From: a bacterium
Lineage (GTDB): Bacteria > UBA8248
Direction: 5' to 3'
NCBI GenBank assembly: GCA_965213685.1
Contig: CBDBZY010000010.1
Location: 1 to 53,558 of the forward strand
Length of the DNA stretch: 53,558 bases
In this document: positions 9,805-19,792 of the stretch, one piece after another
How positions within the stretch are numbered: position 1 is the first letter of the stretch
How the letters are laid out: every line of letters begins with the position of its first letter
Made by a program: the position numbers and the translations under genes
Notes under the pieces: generated by a model
What the model was told of the DNA's origin: nothing
The model's database searches: none
Seen by the model: the letters and a program-made list of their open reading frames with translations, nothing else

Positions 9805-10963
9805 ATGGCGATGAACTCGGAGGATCACAGGTTCCGCCAGAGAACCCGCTCCCGTTCGGGCGGCTGGCGCTGGATCGTCTGGTCGGTTTTCTTCTTCGGC
9901 GCCGCCTTGGCGTGGCTGCTCGCAGAGCGCTATCTCGACGACCTCCATGACCCGGACGCCGTGCCCCGGGTCGTCACCCCCGCGCGCGCGACCTCGCCGC
10001 CGAGGAAAAATCCAACATCGAGATTTTTCGCCTCTCCTCCCCGGCGGTCGTCTACATCACGAAACTGGAGCTGCGGCGCGACAGGTTCAGCCTCAACATG
10101 TTCGAGATTCCGCAAGGCACGGGCTCGGGCTTCGTCTGGAACGAGCAGGGCCACGTCATCACGAACTTTCACGTCATCCAGAACGCGAGCACCCTGCGCG
10201 TCACCCTGGCGGATCAATCGGAGTGGGAGGCGCGCGTCGTGGGGGTGGCACCAGATCAGGACCTGGCGGTTCTCTTCATCAACGCGCCGAAGCGGCGCCT
10301 GAAGCCGATTGCGGTCGGCCGGTCCGCCAACTTGCAGGTGGGCCAAAGGGTGTTCGCCATCGGCAATCCCTTCGGGCTGGATCAGACGCTCACCACCGGG
10401 ATCATCAGCGCCCTCGGGCGCGAGATCAACGGCGTGTCCGGCCGCAAAATCGGTGGCGTCATTCAAACCGACGCCGCGATCAACCCGGGCAATTCCGGGG
10501 GACCTCTCCTGGACAGCGCGGGGCGCCTGATAGGCGTCAACACCGCCATTTTCAGCCCCTCCGGCTCCAGTGCGGGCATCGGTTTCGCCGTTCCCGTGGA
10601 TACCCGTGAACAGGGTTGTCCCGCAGCTCATTCGCCACGGCCGCATCATCCGGCCGGGTCTCGGCATCCATGTGGCGGACAAGGGGACGGCGGCGCGGTT
10701 CGGCATCCAGGGGGTGTTGATCATCCGCGTGCAGAAGGGCAGCGCGGCGGAGGCCGCCGGGCTGCGCGGCACGGGGCGAAGCCGGGAGGGGCAGCTGGTG
10801 CTCGGGGACGTGATCGTCGGCGTGGAGGGGGAGTCCCGTCGCCTCGCTCGACGATCTGCTGGACGCACTCGATGCCCACAAGGTGGGCGACGTCGTGGAG
10901 GTGCATCTGATGCGCGACGAGACCCGCATGAGCGTGCGCGTGCAACTTCAGTCCATCGGCTAG
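9805..10963 (+). CDS. membrane-anchored trypsin-like serine protease with PDZ domain (DegP/HtrA/HhoA family), with three frameshifts
   Basis: N-terminal TM, GTGSGFVW, ITNFHVI, DLAVL, QTDAAINPGNSGGPL, then a C-terminal PDZ domain ending ...VQLQSIG-TAG at 10963. Confidence 0.9.
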
Positions 10964-10972
10964 GAGTGCGCG

Positions 10973-13429
10973 ATGTCGATACATTCGATACCGGAAAGAC
11001 TTGATATTCCAGTCGAGGGCATGTCGTGCGCGGCATGTTCGGCGCGGCTGGAAAAACGGCTGAGCACACTCGATGGCGTCCTGCGCGCGCATGTGAACCT
11101 GGCGATGGCGCGCGCGAACGTCGAGTTCATCCCCGCCCAGGTGACGCCCGCCGACATCGCCAGAAGGGTCGAGAAAACGGGTTTCCGCGTGCCGCGCGCG
11201 CATGTGGAGCTGGCCGTGGGAGGGCTGGCGGACGCGGCGTCCGCTGACCTTCTGGAGGAGCGGCTCGGCGGTCTCGCCGGCGTGGCGTCCGCCCGCGTGC
11301 ATGGCGCGACGGGAACCGGCCGGGTCGAGTTTCATCCAGCCGTCGTTGCCGCAGATGACATTCTCCGATGCGTGAAGGAAGCGGGATATTCGGCGCAACT
11401 CCTGATGGATGCGGACGAGGATGCGGCGACGCGCAGGCGCGCGCGCGAACTCAGGAGAAATACGCGCCTGCTCTTTCTCTCCGCTGCTTTGTCCGCGCCG
11501 TTTCTCCTCCTGCATGTGGCGGACGCGCTCCCGGGCGCCGCGCATTGGACTTTCTCCAGATGGTGGCAATTCGCACTCGCCACGCCCGTGCAGTTCGTCG
11601 TGGGCTGGCGGTTTTACCGGGGGGCGTATCAGGCGCTGCGGGGCGGCGGCGCGAACATGGACGTTCTCGTCGCCCTGGGAACGAGCGCGGCCTGGCTCCA
11701 CAGCTGCGTGGTGACCCTGCGGGGCTTGAGCGCGAGTCACGTGTATTTCGAGGCGTCCGCGATTTTGATCACCCTCGTCTTGCTCGGAAAGGTGCTCGAA
11801 GAACGCGCGATGGGCAAAACTTCCGAGGCGATGCGGAAACTGATGGGCCTGCAGGCGAATACGGCGCGAATCCTCCGGGATGGCGAGGAGCGCGAGGTTC
11901 CCGTCGGTCAGGTCCAGGCGGGCGACGTCGTGATGGTGCGGCCGGGGGAGAAATATCCCGTGGACGGGACGATCCTGGAGGGCGCCACCTCGGTGGATGA
12001 ATCCATGCTCACGGGGGAGAGCGTCCCCGTGGAAAAGGGGGTGGGCGACAGCGTCACCGGCGCCACCCTCAACATGGAGGGGGCGGTGAAATTCGAGGCC
12101 GAAAGGGTGGGCAGGGAGACCGTGCTGGCCCAGATCATCCGCCTGGTGGAGCAGGCACAGGGCTCGAAGGCGCCGATTCAGCGCGTGGCGGATCGGGTTT
12201 CGGGCATTTTCGTGCCCGTTGTGCTGGCGATCGCCGCCATCACGTGCGCCGCCTGGTATGCCACGGGCGCGCCCGTGCCCGCGCTGGTGAACGCCGTCGC
12301 CGTTTTGGTCATCGCCTGCCCGTGCGCCCTGGGATTGGCGACGCCCACGGCCATCATGGTGGGCACGGGAAAGGGGGCGGAGGCGGGCATCCTCATCAAG
12401 GACGGCGAGTCCCTGGAGACTGCGCACCAGATCGACGCCGTCATCGTCGACAAGACGGGCACCCTCACCCGGGGAAAACCCGCGGTGACCGACGTCGTGC
12501 CGCTGAACGGGCTGCGGGAAAACGATTTGCTCCAGCTGGCGGCGAGTGCGGAGCAAGGCTCCGAGCACCCTTTGGGCAAGTCGATAGTGGCCGAGGGCGC
12601 GGCGCGCGGCCTGGGGTTGCTGGAGATGAGCGATTTCAAGGCGCATCCGGGGCATGGCCTGGAGGCGCGGGTGGGGGGGCGGAAGATGTACGTGGGCAAC
12701 GAGAGGTTCCTGGCGGCGCGCGGCGTGGAGGCACCCGACCGGACCGGCGAGATTCGCCGCCTGGAATCCGAGGGGAAGACCGTCATGCTCCTCGCCGATG
12801 AGGGGGGCGTGCTGGGCGCCATCGGCGTTGCCGATACGCTGCGGGAGAACTCGGCGGAAGCCGTCAGGCTACTCGGAGGCATGGGGATTGAGGTCTACAT
12901 GATGACCGGGGACAACGAGCGGACGGCGGCGGCGGCGGCGGCGCAGGCGGGCATTCGCCACGTGATGGCCGACGTGATGCCGAAGGAGAAGGCGGCCATG
13001 GTGGCGCAGCTCCGGCGGGGCGGCAACACGGTGGGGATGGTGGGCGACGGCATCAACGACGCCCCGGCACTGGCCGCCGCGGACGTGGGGTTCGCCGTCG
13101 GCACGGGGACGGACATCGCGGTGGAGGCGTCCGACATCACGTTGATTCAGGGCGATTTGATGGGGGTCGTGGTGGGGGTTCACCTCTCGAAGGCCACCAT
13201 GGGGAAAATTCGGCAAAATCTTTTTTGGGCGTTTTTCTACAACGTTCTGGGGATACCCCTGGCGGCGTTCGGGCTCTTGAGTCCCGTTGTCGCCGGAGCG
13301 GCCATGGCGTGCAGTTCCGTGTCCGTTGTCCTGAACACCCTGCTGCTGCGGAGGTGGAAGCCCGCCCATGCGGGGCAGGCGGGGCGGATTTCGGGCGGTG
13401 CGCCCCGGCGGCGGGTCGCCTCGGCCTGA
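10973..13429 (+). CDS. copA: copper-translocating P1B-type ATPase
   Basis: [36 protein letters not shown], and the YN and MxxSS Cu(I) signatures. Confidence 0.95.
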   Translation: MSIHSIPERLDIPVEGMSCAACSARLEKRLSTLDGVLRAHVNLAMARANVEFIPAQVTPADIARRVEKTGFRVPRAHVELAVGGLADAASADLLEERLGGLAGVASARVHGATGTGRVEFHPAVVAADDILRCVKEAGYSAQLLMDADEDAATRRRARELRRNTRLLFLSAALSAPFLLLHVADALPGAAHWTFSRWWQFALATPVQFVVGWRFYRGAYQALRGGGANMDVLVALGTSAAWLHSCVVTLRGLSASHVYFEASAILITLVLLGKVLEERAMGKTSEAMRKLMGLQANTARILRDGEEREVPVGQVQAGDVVMVRPGEKYPVDGTILEGATSVDESMLTGESVPVEKGVGDSVTGATLNMEGAVKFEAERVGRETVLAQIIRLVEQAQGSKAPIQRVADRVSGIFVPVVLAIAAITCAAWYATGAPVPALVNAVAVLVIACPCALGLATPTAIMVGTGKGAEAGILIKDGESLETAHQIDAVIVDKTGTLTRGKPAVTDVVPLNGLRENDLLQLAASAEQGSEHPLGKSIVAEGAARGLGLLEMSDFKAHPGHGLEARVGGRKMYVGNERFLAARGVEAPDRTGEIRRLESEGKTVMLLADEGGVLGAIGVADTLRENSAEAVRLLGGMGIEVYMMTGDNERTAAAAAAQAGIRHVMADVMPKEKAAMVAQLRRGGNTVGMVGDGINDAPALAAADVGFAVGTGTDIAVEASDITLIQGDLMGVVVGVHLSKATMGKIRQNLFWAFFYNVLGIPLAAFGLLSPVVAGAAMACSSVSVVLNTLLLRRWKPAHAGQAGRISGGAPRRRVASA

Positions 13430-13450
13430 TGAGGCGGGGGAGGAGGGAAG

Positions 13451-13669
13451 ATGGAGAAGGTGGAGGTTGCCGTGCGCGGCATGCGCTGCGGGGCGTGCCA
13501 ATCAGCGGTTCGCGAGGCGCTCCGGGACGCAAGGGGCGTGGCCGAGTCCCTCGTCGATCTGGAGGGAGGCCGCGCGACCATCGTGTTCGATGGGGAGACG
13601 ACGGGCCCGGCTGCGTTGCGCGCCGCCATTGAAGACGCGGGATTTGATGTTGGCGAAATTACATATTAA
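13451..13669 (+). CDS. copZ: copper chaperone (single HMA domain)
   Basis: 72 aa with GMRCGAC, a strong RBS, directly after copA. Confidence 0.88.
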   Translation: MEKVEVAVRGMRCGACQSAVREALRDARGVAESLVDLEGGRATIVFDGETTGPAALRAAIEDAGFDVGEITY

Positions 13670-13794
13670 TCACATGTTATCAAATATTTGAGTGTAGTTC
13701 TCTCAAGTGTCTTATGAATTATTCTCGGAGGGCCTCCGGCGGCTCTTCCGCCGCTGGCGCCGTGCGCGGGGAATGGCCCCTCGTTGGCTCGCTG

Positions 13795-14418
13795 CTACCT
13801 TGGCTGCCCGTCCTCGAAACTTCTTTCTAGGAGCTCGCCGAGCGTGCATTGCCAGAAGCCGTTGAGGCGGCCGATGGGCCCGAGTTTTTTCATGTCAATG
13901 TATGGGCCCGTCATGACGCGCGGGCTGACGTGGAAATAGACGACTTCCCCGATGAGGAGGGGGTGTTTGTTCGGCCCGAGCTCGAACACGTGGCGGGTCC
14001 TGCACTCGAAGTGAATGGGCGCGTCCTTGATGCGCGGGGCCTTCACCTTCCTGGCGGGGACCGGCTCGAGGCCGGTGGCGTCGAATTCGCTCTCCTCGGC
14101 GGGGATGCCGTTCGCCGTGTCCACCATCTGCTCCCAATGGCGCTCGGTGACGACGTTGAAGCAGAATTCCCCGGTTTCCTCCGCGTTGATGAGGGTGTGC
14201 TTTTTGGTTCCGTCGGGGTTTCTCGCCACGGTGAGCGATATCATCGGTGGTGCCACGCACACGCAGGTGAAGAAGCTGAAGGGCGCGATGTTGTGAATCC
14301 CCTCTTTGCTGACGGATGACGCCCAGCCGATGGGGCGGGGAACGATGGAGCCGGTGAGCAGGCGGTAAATCTCGCGCCGCTCTATCTCGTCGGGGTCGAA
14401 TTCCAGGTATTCGCTCAT
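13795..14418 (-). CDS. flavin reductase family protein
   Basis: IVPRPIGWASS, NIAPFSFF, KHTLINAEETGEFCFN, IHFECR. Confidence 0.9.
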   Translation of the reverse strand: MSEYLEFDPDEIERREIYRLLTGSIVPRPIGWASSVSKEGIHNIAPFSFFTCVCVAPPMISLTVARNPDGTKKHTLINAEETGEFCFNVVTERHWEQMVDTANGIPAEESEFDATGLEPVPARKVKAPRIKDAPIHFECRTRHVFELGPNKHPLLIGEVVYFHVSPRVMTGPYIDMKKLGPIGRLNGFWQCTLGELLERSFEDGQPR

Positions 14419-14476
14419 CTCGGAAATCCTCAAATCGAATTGTTTCGGGTGCGCCGATACGGCCGCCGGGATGCGC

Positions 14477-15244
14477 CTACGCCATGAAGCGTCCCGCGTT
14501 CACGGCGATGGTCTGGCCTGTGAGATACGCGGATTCGGGCGCCGCCAGCAGGAGCACCCAGCCCACGACGTCGTCCACTTCGGCGATGCGCCCCAAGAGC
14601 GTTCCCTTGCCGATCATCTCGCGCTGCTCCTCGGATCGGACGGCGATGACCCGCTCGGTCGCCGTGGTTCCCGGCGCAATGGCGTTCACGCGCACGTTGT
14701 GTTTCCCCAGGTCGTAGGCGAGCACGCGCGTCAGGGCGTGAACCCCCGCCTTGGCGGCCGCGTAGGGCGGGGAGGAGGGCTGGAGGGTGGTGAGCCCCGA
14801 CATGGAGCCCAGGTTGATCACGCATCCGCTGTTTTGCCTCTCGAAAACGGGCGTCAGATGCTTGGAGGTGAGAAATACGCTCTTCAGGTTCCTGTCGATC
14901 ACCGCGTCCCATTCATCCTCCGACGTATTGCCCATGGACAGCTGCTGGTGAAAGCCGCCCGCGCAGTTGACGAAAATGTCGATGCCGCCGCTCTCGCCCG
15001 CGACCCGCTCTATCAGGCGCTTGACGGCCACCGAATCCGTGAGGTCGCAGTCGATGAAGGTGGCGTCGCCCCCCTGGTCGCGAATCCCTGCGGCCGCGGC
15101 CTCCCCGGGTTCTGTGTCGATGTCGACGAGATAGACCCTGGCGCCCGCCCCGGCGAATCCCTCGGCGGCTGCCTTGCCGATGCCGCGCGAAGCGCCCGTG
15201 ACGACGGCGGTCTGTCTGGAAAAATCAAAGCGCGTCTTGCCCAT
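14477..15244 (-). CDS. SDR family oxidoreductase
   Basis: TGASRGIG, NCAG, YAAAK, RVNAIAPG. ATG at 15244. Confidence 0.92.
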   Translation of the reverse strand: MGKTRFDFSRQTAVVTGASRGIGKAAAEGFAGAGARVYLVDIDTEPGEAAAAGIRDQGGDATFIDCDLTDSVAVKRLIERVAGESGGIDIFVNCAGGFHQQLSMGNTSEDEWDAVIDRNLKSVFLTSKHLTPVFERQNSGCVINLGSMSGLTTLQPSSPPYAAAKAGVHALTRVLAYDLGKHNVRVNAIAPGTTATERVIAVRSEEQREMIGKGTLLGRIAEVDDVVGWVLLLAAPESAYLTGQTIAVNAGRFMA

Positions 15245-15672
15245 GAGGCCCTCTCCTTGGCGAATGATGGATCTTAGTGATGGCTGCAGGAATGTATTTC
15301 TATTTCCATGCACGTCCGTTGAAAGCGTCGGGTTGTTCCCGTTGGGCGGTTCCCATTGCGCCAGGCGGCCCCGGCGTCGGGAATCGCGTCCCGTTCTGCG
15401 TGGGGGGGCGGCCGTTTGGCAAGCCCTCCGGCGTTCCGCCGCGGGCGAGCGGGCCGTCCGGGGCGGGGAGCGTTCTCGATGTGAACCCGGTCAATGCGCA
15501 TCCTCAGGATATGGGGCGGGACGATGGAAGGCTACCACTTTCCCCCGAACGGGTGTAGGGGGGCCGCCGCCGCTGGACGAGGCGTCGAACGCGCGGCCGC
15601 ACCTGCGTTGCCCCGCGCGGGAAGAGAAGAGGGGGGCGATGGAAGAGAGGCGACTGGTCGGTGCCCAGGCTT

Positions 15673-15840
15673 TCAGTCGCCGTCCTGGATGAACTCGGCC
15701 AGGATGTCGATGAGGCCGTTGTCATAGAGGGTCCACGCCGTCACCACGACGACGAGTGCGAGAAGGCCCAGCAGCAGGTATTCGAGCAAGCCGTGTTTGG
15801 CGGCGGCGGGCTTGCGGGGATTTTGCTTTGGTTTCGCCAT
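15673..15840 (-). CDS. small single-TM protein with an Flp-pilin-like EY motif
   Basis: MAKPKQNPRKPAAAKHGLLEYLLLGLLALVVVVTAWTLY...: basic leader followed by a hydrophobic helix. Confidence 0.55.
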   Translation of the reverse strand: MAKPKQNPRKPAAAKHGLLEYLLLGLLALVVVVTAWTLYDNGLIDILAEFIQDGD

Positions 15841-16031
15841 GAGGGGGGAATCTCGCGCCATTGAGGGAATGCGGGGGCGGGGCCATTTTCCGGATTATAA
15901 GCCCAACGCCTCGCTGGCGAAACCGGAGACGAGGCGGGGAATACAGATGGAATGGACAAGGGCGGAACATCCGTTTATGGTATATTCCCTAGGCCGTCTA
16001 TCGTTCGCATCACGGAGTTGCGCATCTCGCC

Positions 16032-16593
16032 ATGGACTCAGCAAAACATAATTTCGGCACCGCCGGGAAAATTCGCACCGAGGCGATCGGCGTTGCCGGC
16101 AAACGGATTTTTCGCATTCTCATCGATTGTCCGTCGAAGGCGGCCGCCACGCTTTGGCTGGAGAAAGAGCAGGTCTACGGCCTCTCGATGGCGATGAGAA
16201 AGATGCTGGACGCAAAGGGGCAGGAGCGCGATTTTCCGAACCTCCCCGAGGCCGACTCCACTCCGTCGAGCGCTGGGGAATGGCTCGAATTCAAGGTCAG
16301 CCGTCTGGGGCTGGCGTATGGCCCGGGCAAAAGCCGCGTCACCATCTTTTTTTTACGATGAGCGCGACGAGGTGGTTCGGGAGGGCGGCGATCCCGAGGA
16401 AGAAGAGGACGAGGAGGAGGCCGTTGGCCCCGCAGTCCTGCAGGTGAGCCTCGCCCGCGGGCAGCTGGAGGAGTTCATCACCCAAAGCCTCGATGCGTGC
16501 GCGTCCGGCCGGGGGGTGGACGCACTCTCTCGCCACGCCATGGTGGCCACCGGCAAGGTCGATCCCAATACGAACGGGCATTTTCATCACTAG
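16032..16593 (+). CDS. DUF3090 family protein, frameshifted at a T8 run (16347-16354)
   Basis: EAIGVAGKRIFRI, LWLEKEQV, EFKVSRLGLAY, then QVSLARGQL..ASGR..TNGH in the next frame. Directly upstream of an SCO1664-family gene. Confidence 0.8.
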
Positions 16594-16624
16594 CCCGCCG
16601 TTATTCATGCGATAGGGAAAGCGC

Positions 16625-17410
16625 GTGTTCCGGAAGTCTCCACCACGGACAAGCCCGCCAGCCGGGGACCCGCCGGAGGCCCAGGCGCACCGATTCGGTT
16701 CGGAGGAAGTCGAGAACCTTCTGCGCACCTCGGAGATCCTGGGCGGCGAGCTGGTGCCGCAGGGATCGAACTATACGTTTGCCGTTCAGATGGGCGCGGC
16801 GGATTTTCAGTTCTGGGGAATATACAAGCCGGCGAGCGGGGAGCGGCCCCTCTGGGACTTTCCCTACGGAACGCTTCATATGCGGGAGCGATGCGCCTTC
16901 CTGGTGAGCCGTCACCTGGGGTGGCACTTCGTTCCGCCCACGGTGATTCGCGAGGGCCCGCACGGAGAGGGCTCCTTGCAGTTGTGCGTGCCCTATGACG
17001 GGAAATCGAACTATTTTACCCTGCGGGCGGAGATGCGCCCGGAATTGCCGCTGCTCGCCGCTTTTGACATCATGGTCAACAATACGGACCGCAAGGGGGG
17101 GCATTGCTTCCGGGCCGAGGACGATCGCGTCTGGGGGATCGATCATGGCCTCACGTTTCATGCCGAGCCGAAGCTGCGAACCGTGATCTGGGACTACTCG
17201 GGGTTTTCCTTGCCCGAGGAGCGGGTGAGTGACGTCAGGCGTCTGGAGGACAGCCTGGAGGATCGCCATAGCCGCTTGCGATGCGAGATGGACGCGCTTC
17301 TGGCGCCCGAGGAGGTGGAGGTTTTCGCGGAGCGGGTGAGGAGGTTCCGCGAAAAGCCGCGCCTGCCGACGCCGGAGGAGTATCGGCGCCTCTGCTGGCC
17401 CTTCGGGTAG
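16625..17410 (+). CDS. SCO1664 family protein (PI3/PI4-kinase-like fold)
   Basis: GSNYTF, IYKPASGERPLWDFPYGTL, VPPTVIREGPHGEGSLQL, NNTDRKGGH, WGIDHGLTFH..KLRTVIW. Confidence 0.9.
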   Translation: MFRKSPPRTSPPAGDPPEAQAHRFGSEEVENLLRTSEILGGELVPQGSNYTFAVQMGAADFQFWGIYKPASGERPLWDFPYGTLHMRERCAFLVSRHLGWHFVPPTVIREGPHGEGSLQLCVPYDGKSNYFTLRAEMRPELPLLAAFDIMVNNTDRKGGHCFRAEDDRVWGIDHGLTFHAEPKLRTVIWDYSGFSLPEERVSDVRRLEDSLEDRHSRLRCEMDALLAPEEVEVFAERVRRFREKPRLPTPEEYRRLCWPFG

Positions 17411-17469
17411 TCGGGTTGCCGGTGCCCCGAGACGAGGATGGCGGAAGCGTCGGGATCGGGAGAAGTGCG

Positions 17470-18802
17470 ATGCGCGCCAAAACGGCGACTGTCTGGAGCC
17501 GGTGGCTCATACCCTCCCTTTTCCTCCTTCTCGGCGGGTGCGGCTTTCTGGACTATCCGCCCGCGGCGCAGCGGGCGCTAGACGCGGAAATTGCCGAAAA
17601 ACGCGCGTTCATCTCCAGGAATCCGGGCCACCCCCAATCGAAGAAATTCCTGCAGGAACTCGATGATCCCGACTTTCAAAGAGCGGCCCGGACGCATACG
17701 GTGCGCGCCTATGACGCATACCTGGCGCATCACCCCTCCGGCAAGCACGTCCGTCGGGCGCGCTACCGGGCGGAGAGGCTGATGTATGACGACGCGCTCG
17801 CCTCGAAAGACCCTCGGGTGCTGGAGCGTTTTCTGAGGCGCTTTCCCCGGCGCCGCCTCTCCTCGACCGCCGAGGCCAGCCTGCAGAGGAGCGAATACGA
17901 GGTTCTCCGGAAAAAAGAGGACATCGCATCCTACAGGGCGTTTGTCGCGAGATATAAAAACGCGAGGAGCGAGTGGACGGAGGCGGCCACCCAGCGCCTG
18001 GAAAGACTGTTGCTCGACGCGGCGAAAGCCTCGCCGCCGCCCCATGTCCTGAAACTCGAGCGATACGTTTTCGACAACCCCGGCAGTCCGTATCTTTCCG
18101 AGGCGGAGGACGCCTTGCGGGAGGCGCGGTTCGCCCAAGCGATGCGCTCCGGAAAGGAGGTCGACTGGAAGGCGTTTATCCGGCGATACGAGGGATCGGG
18201 CGAGGCCGGTCTTCTGCGCCGCCACATGGAGGCGGAGGCGCTGAGAGGGGCGGAGCGCTCGGGCCGGGTCGCGGCGCTGGAGCGATACCTGGAGCGGTAC
18301 CCCCCATTCGTCCCACAGGAAGAGAATCCTCGCCTCCATCGCCATGATGGCGCAGCAGAGGAACCGCCAGGCGCGCCGGTGGGTGCGCGTGAGGGGCGCG
18401 GAGGTCGAGGTGGCGAAAAAACGGAACTGCAAAAAAGCCTGCAAGCCCTATCTGCGCGTTCACGGGACGCTGCGCAACATCGACCCTGATTTCTCCTTCA
18501 GCGTGGTGGTGCAGGTGGAGCTTATCGTCGGAGACGGACGGCGTTGCTGCCGCACCAGGCGTTCGATCAAGCACATCAGGCCGGGGGAGAGCCGCTCTTT
18601 CTCGTTTCCCGTCCGGGGCGAGAAATCTCCCGGGGAGGGGAGCCCTCCTCCCCGATATGAACTCCAGGTGGTGTCCGGCTCGGCGTACCGCAGCGCGCAG
18701 GCGGAGCGCGAGGTGAAGATAGAGGGTCTTGGAGGGGGCGGCAAAGGCCCCCCGAGCGACAGGTTCGCGCCGGTGAGGGTCCCTGATCTGCACGGAAAAT
18801 AA
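17470..18802 (+). CDS. putative lipoprotein with helical repeats and a Cys-containing C-terminal beta domain; frameshift at the C6 run near 18300
   Basis: Lipobox LGGC and about 6 repeats of the 'AY..YL..HP.G' / 'LERYLERYP' type. Continues into ORF 18344..18802. Confidence 0.7.
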
Positions 18803-18889
18803 ATCAATAAATATCCGCGCGCCATCGTTTTTTGGCTGAAGTGAAATCGAGGGGAATGCCCCCCCGCCCTCGGCCCGCGCGATCCCCGT

Positions 18890-19792
18890 TCAGCCCTTGC
18901 GCCAGAGCCTCGGCCGGTTCACCTTCCTGATGTGGGCGGCGATGTATTTGACGAGGCCGGGGTTGCCGACGAGGAGGGATTGCCGCCACTTGCGCGCGGC
19001 GTCGATGTCCTTGGGCGTGTTCTCCTGCGGGAAGAACCTGTCCAACTCTCCCCACCGATCCGTATAGGGGCGTCGGGCGAGCACCGCACCACCCGCTTCT
19101 TTCACGATGATCGCTCCCGCCGCTACGTCCCAGATGCTGGGTGCGCCAAAGAGCGTGTAGTGCAGGCTTCCGCGCGCCACGAGCGCCTGCTCGTAGCACA
19201 TGGAGCCGGTGGAGCGCACCTCGCCCAGGTTTTTCTTGAGCGGTCCCGTGGGGCGAAATTGCGTCCAGTAGGAGCCGGGGAGTGCGGCGATGCGCCTTCC
19301 CGTGGGCCTGTCCCCCTCCGCCGCTTGGATGCGGTGTCCGTTGCGAAACGCTCCGCCCCCCGCATGTGCGCGGTAGATGGCGCCCCCCTCCTCCGGCGTG
19401 AAAATAGCCCCCGCAACGGGCCGCCCGCGCTTCAAAACCCCCACGGAACAGCCCCAGACGGGCAGGCCGTTCAGAAAATTCTTCGTGCCGTCCAGCGGGT
19501 CGAGCACCCACAGATACTCCGGCACCGCGCGCGCGCCTTGCCTTTTGGCCTCCTCCTCGTCTTTCGGCTTCTCCTCGCCCAGCACCCCGTGAGCGGGAAA
19601 GCGCTTGTGTATCCGGCCGGTCAGAAACTCCTGGCTCGCGCGATCCGCCTCGCTCACCGGGTCGGTTCCTGCCTTGTTCTTGTAGTCCACCTCCACTTGC
19701 TTGCCGAACAGCCCCATCAGGATTTTTCCCGCCTCCCGGGCGAATCCGGAGGCGGCCTCGCCCAGGGTTCGGGGGAGGATGGGGCCGTTCAC
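18890..19792 (-). CDS. inositol monophosphatase family protein (SuhB-like)
   Basis: DPVSEAD, GEE, WVLDPLDGTKNF, RSTGS, WDVAAG. Confidence 0.92.
   Translation of the reverse strand: MNGPILPRTLGEAASGFAREAGKILMGLFGKQVEVDYKNKAGTDPVSEADRASQEFLTGRIHKRFPAHGVLGEEKPKDEEEAKRQGARAVPEYLWVLDPLDGTKNFLNGLPVWGCSVGVLKRGRPVAGAIFTPEEGGAIYRAHAGGGAFRNGHRIQAAEGDRPTGRRIAALPGSYWTQFRPTGPLKKNLGEVRSTGSMCYEQALVARGSLHYTLFGAPSIWDVAAGAIIVKEAGGAVLARRPYTDRWGELDRFFPQENTPKDIDAARKWRQSLLVGNPGLVKYIAAHIRKVNRPRLWRKG

Noticed and set aside
15245-15672. Riboswitch or ncRNA in the long intergenic region
   Set aside because: Only generic GC-rich pairing is present. I could not recognise TPP, cobalamin, SAM or FMN consensus elements; an Rfam scan would be needed.
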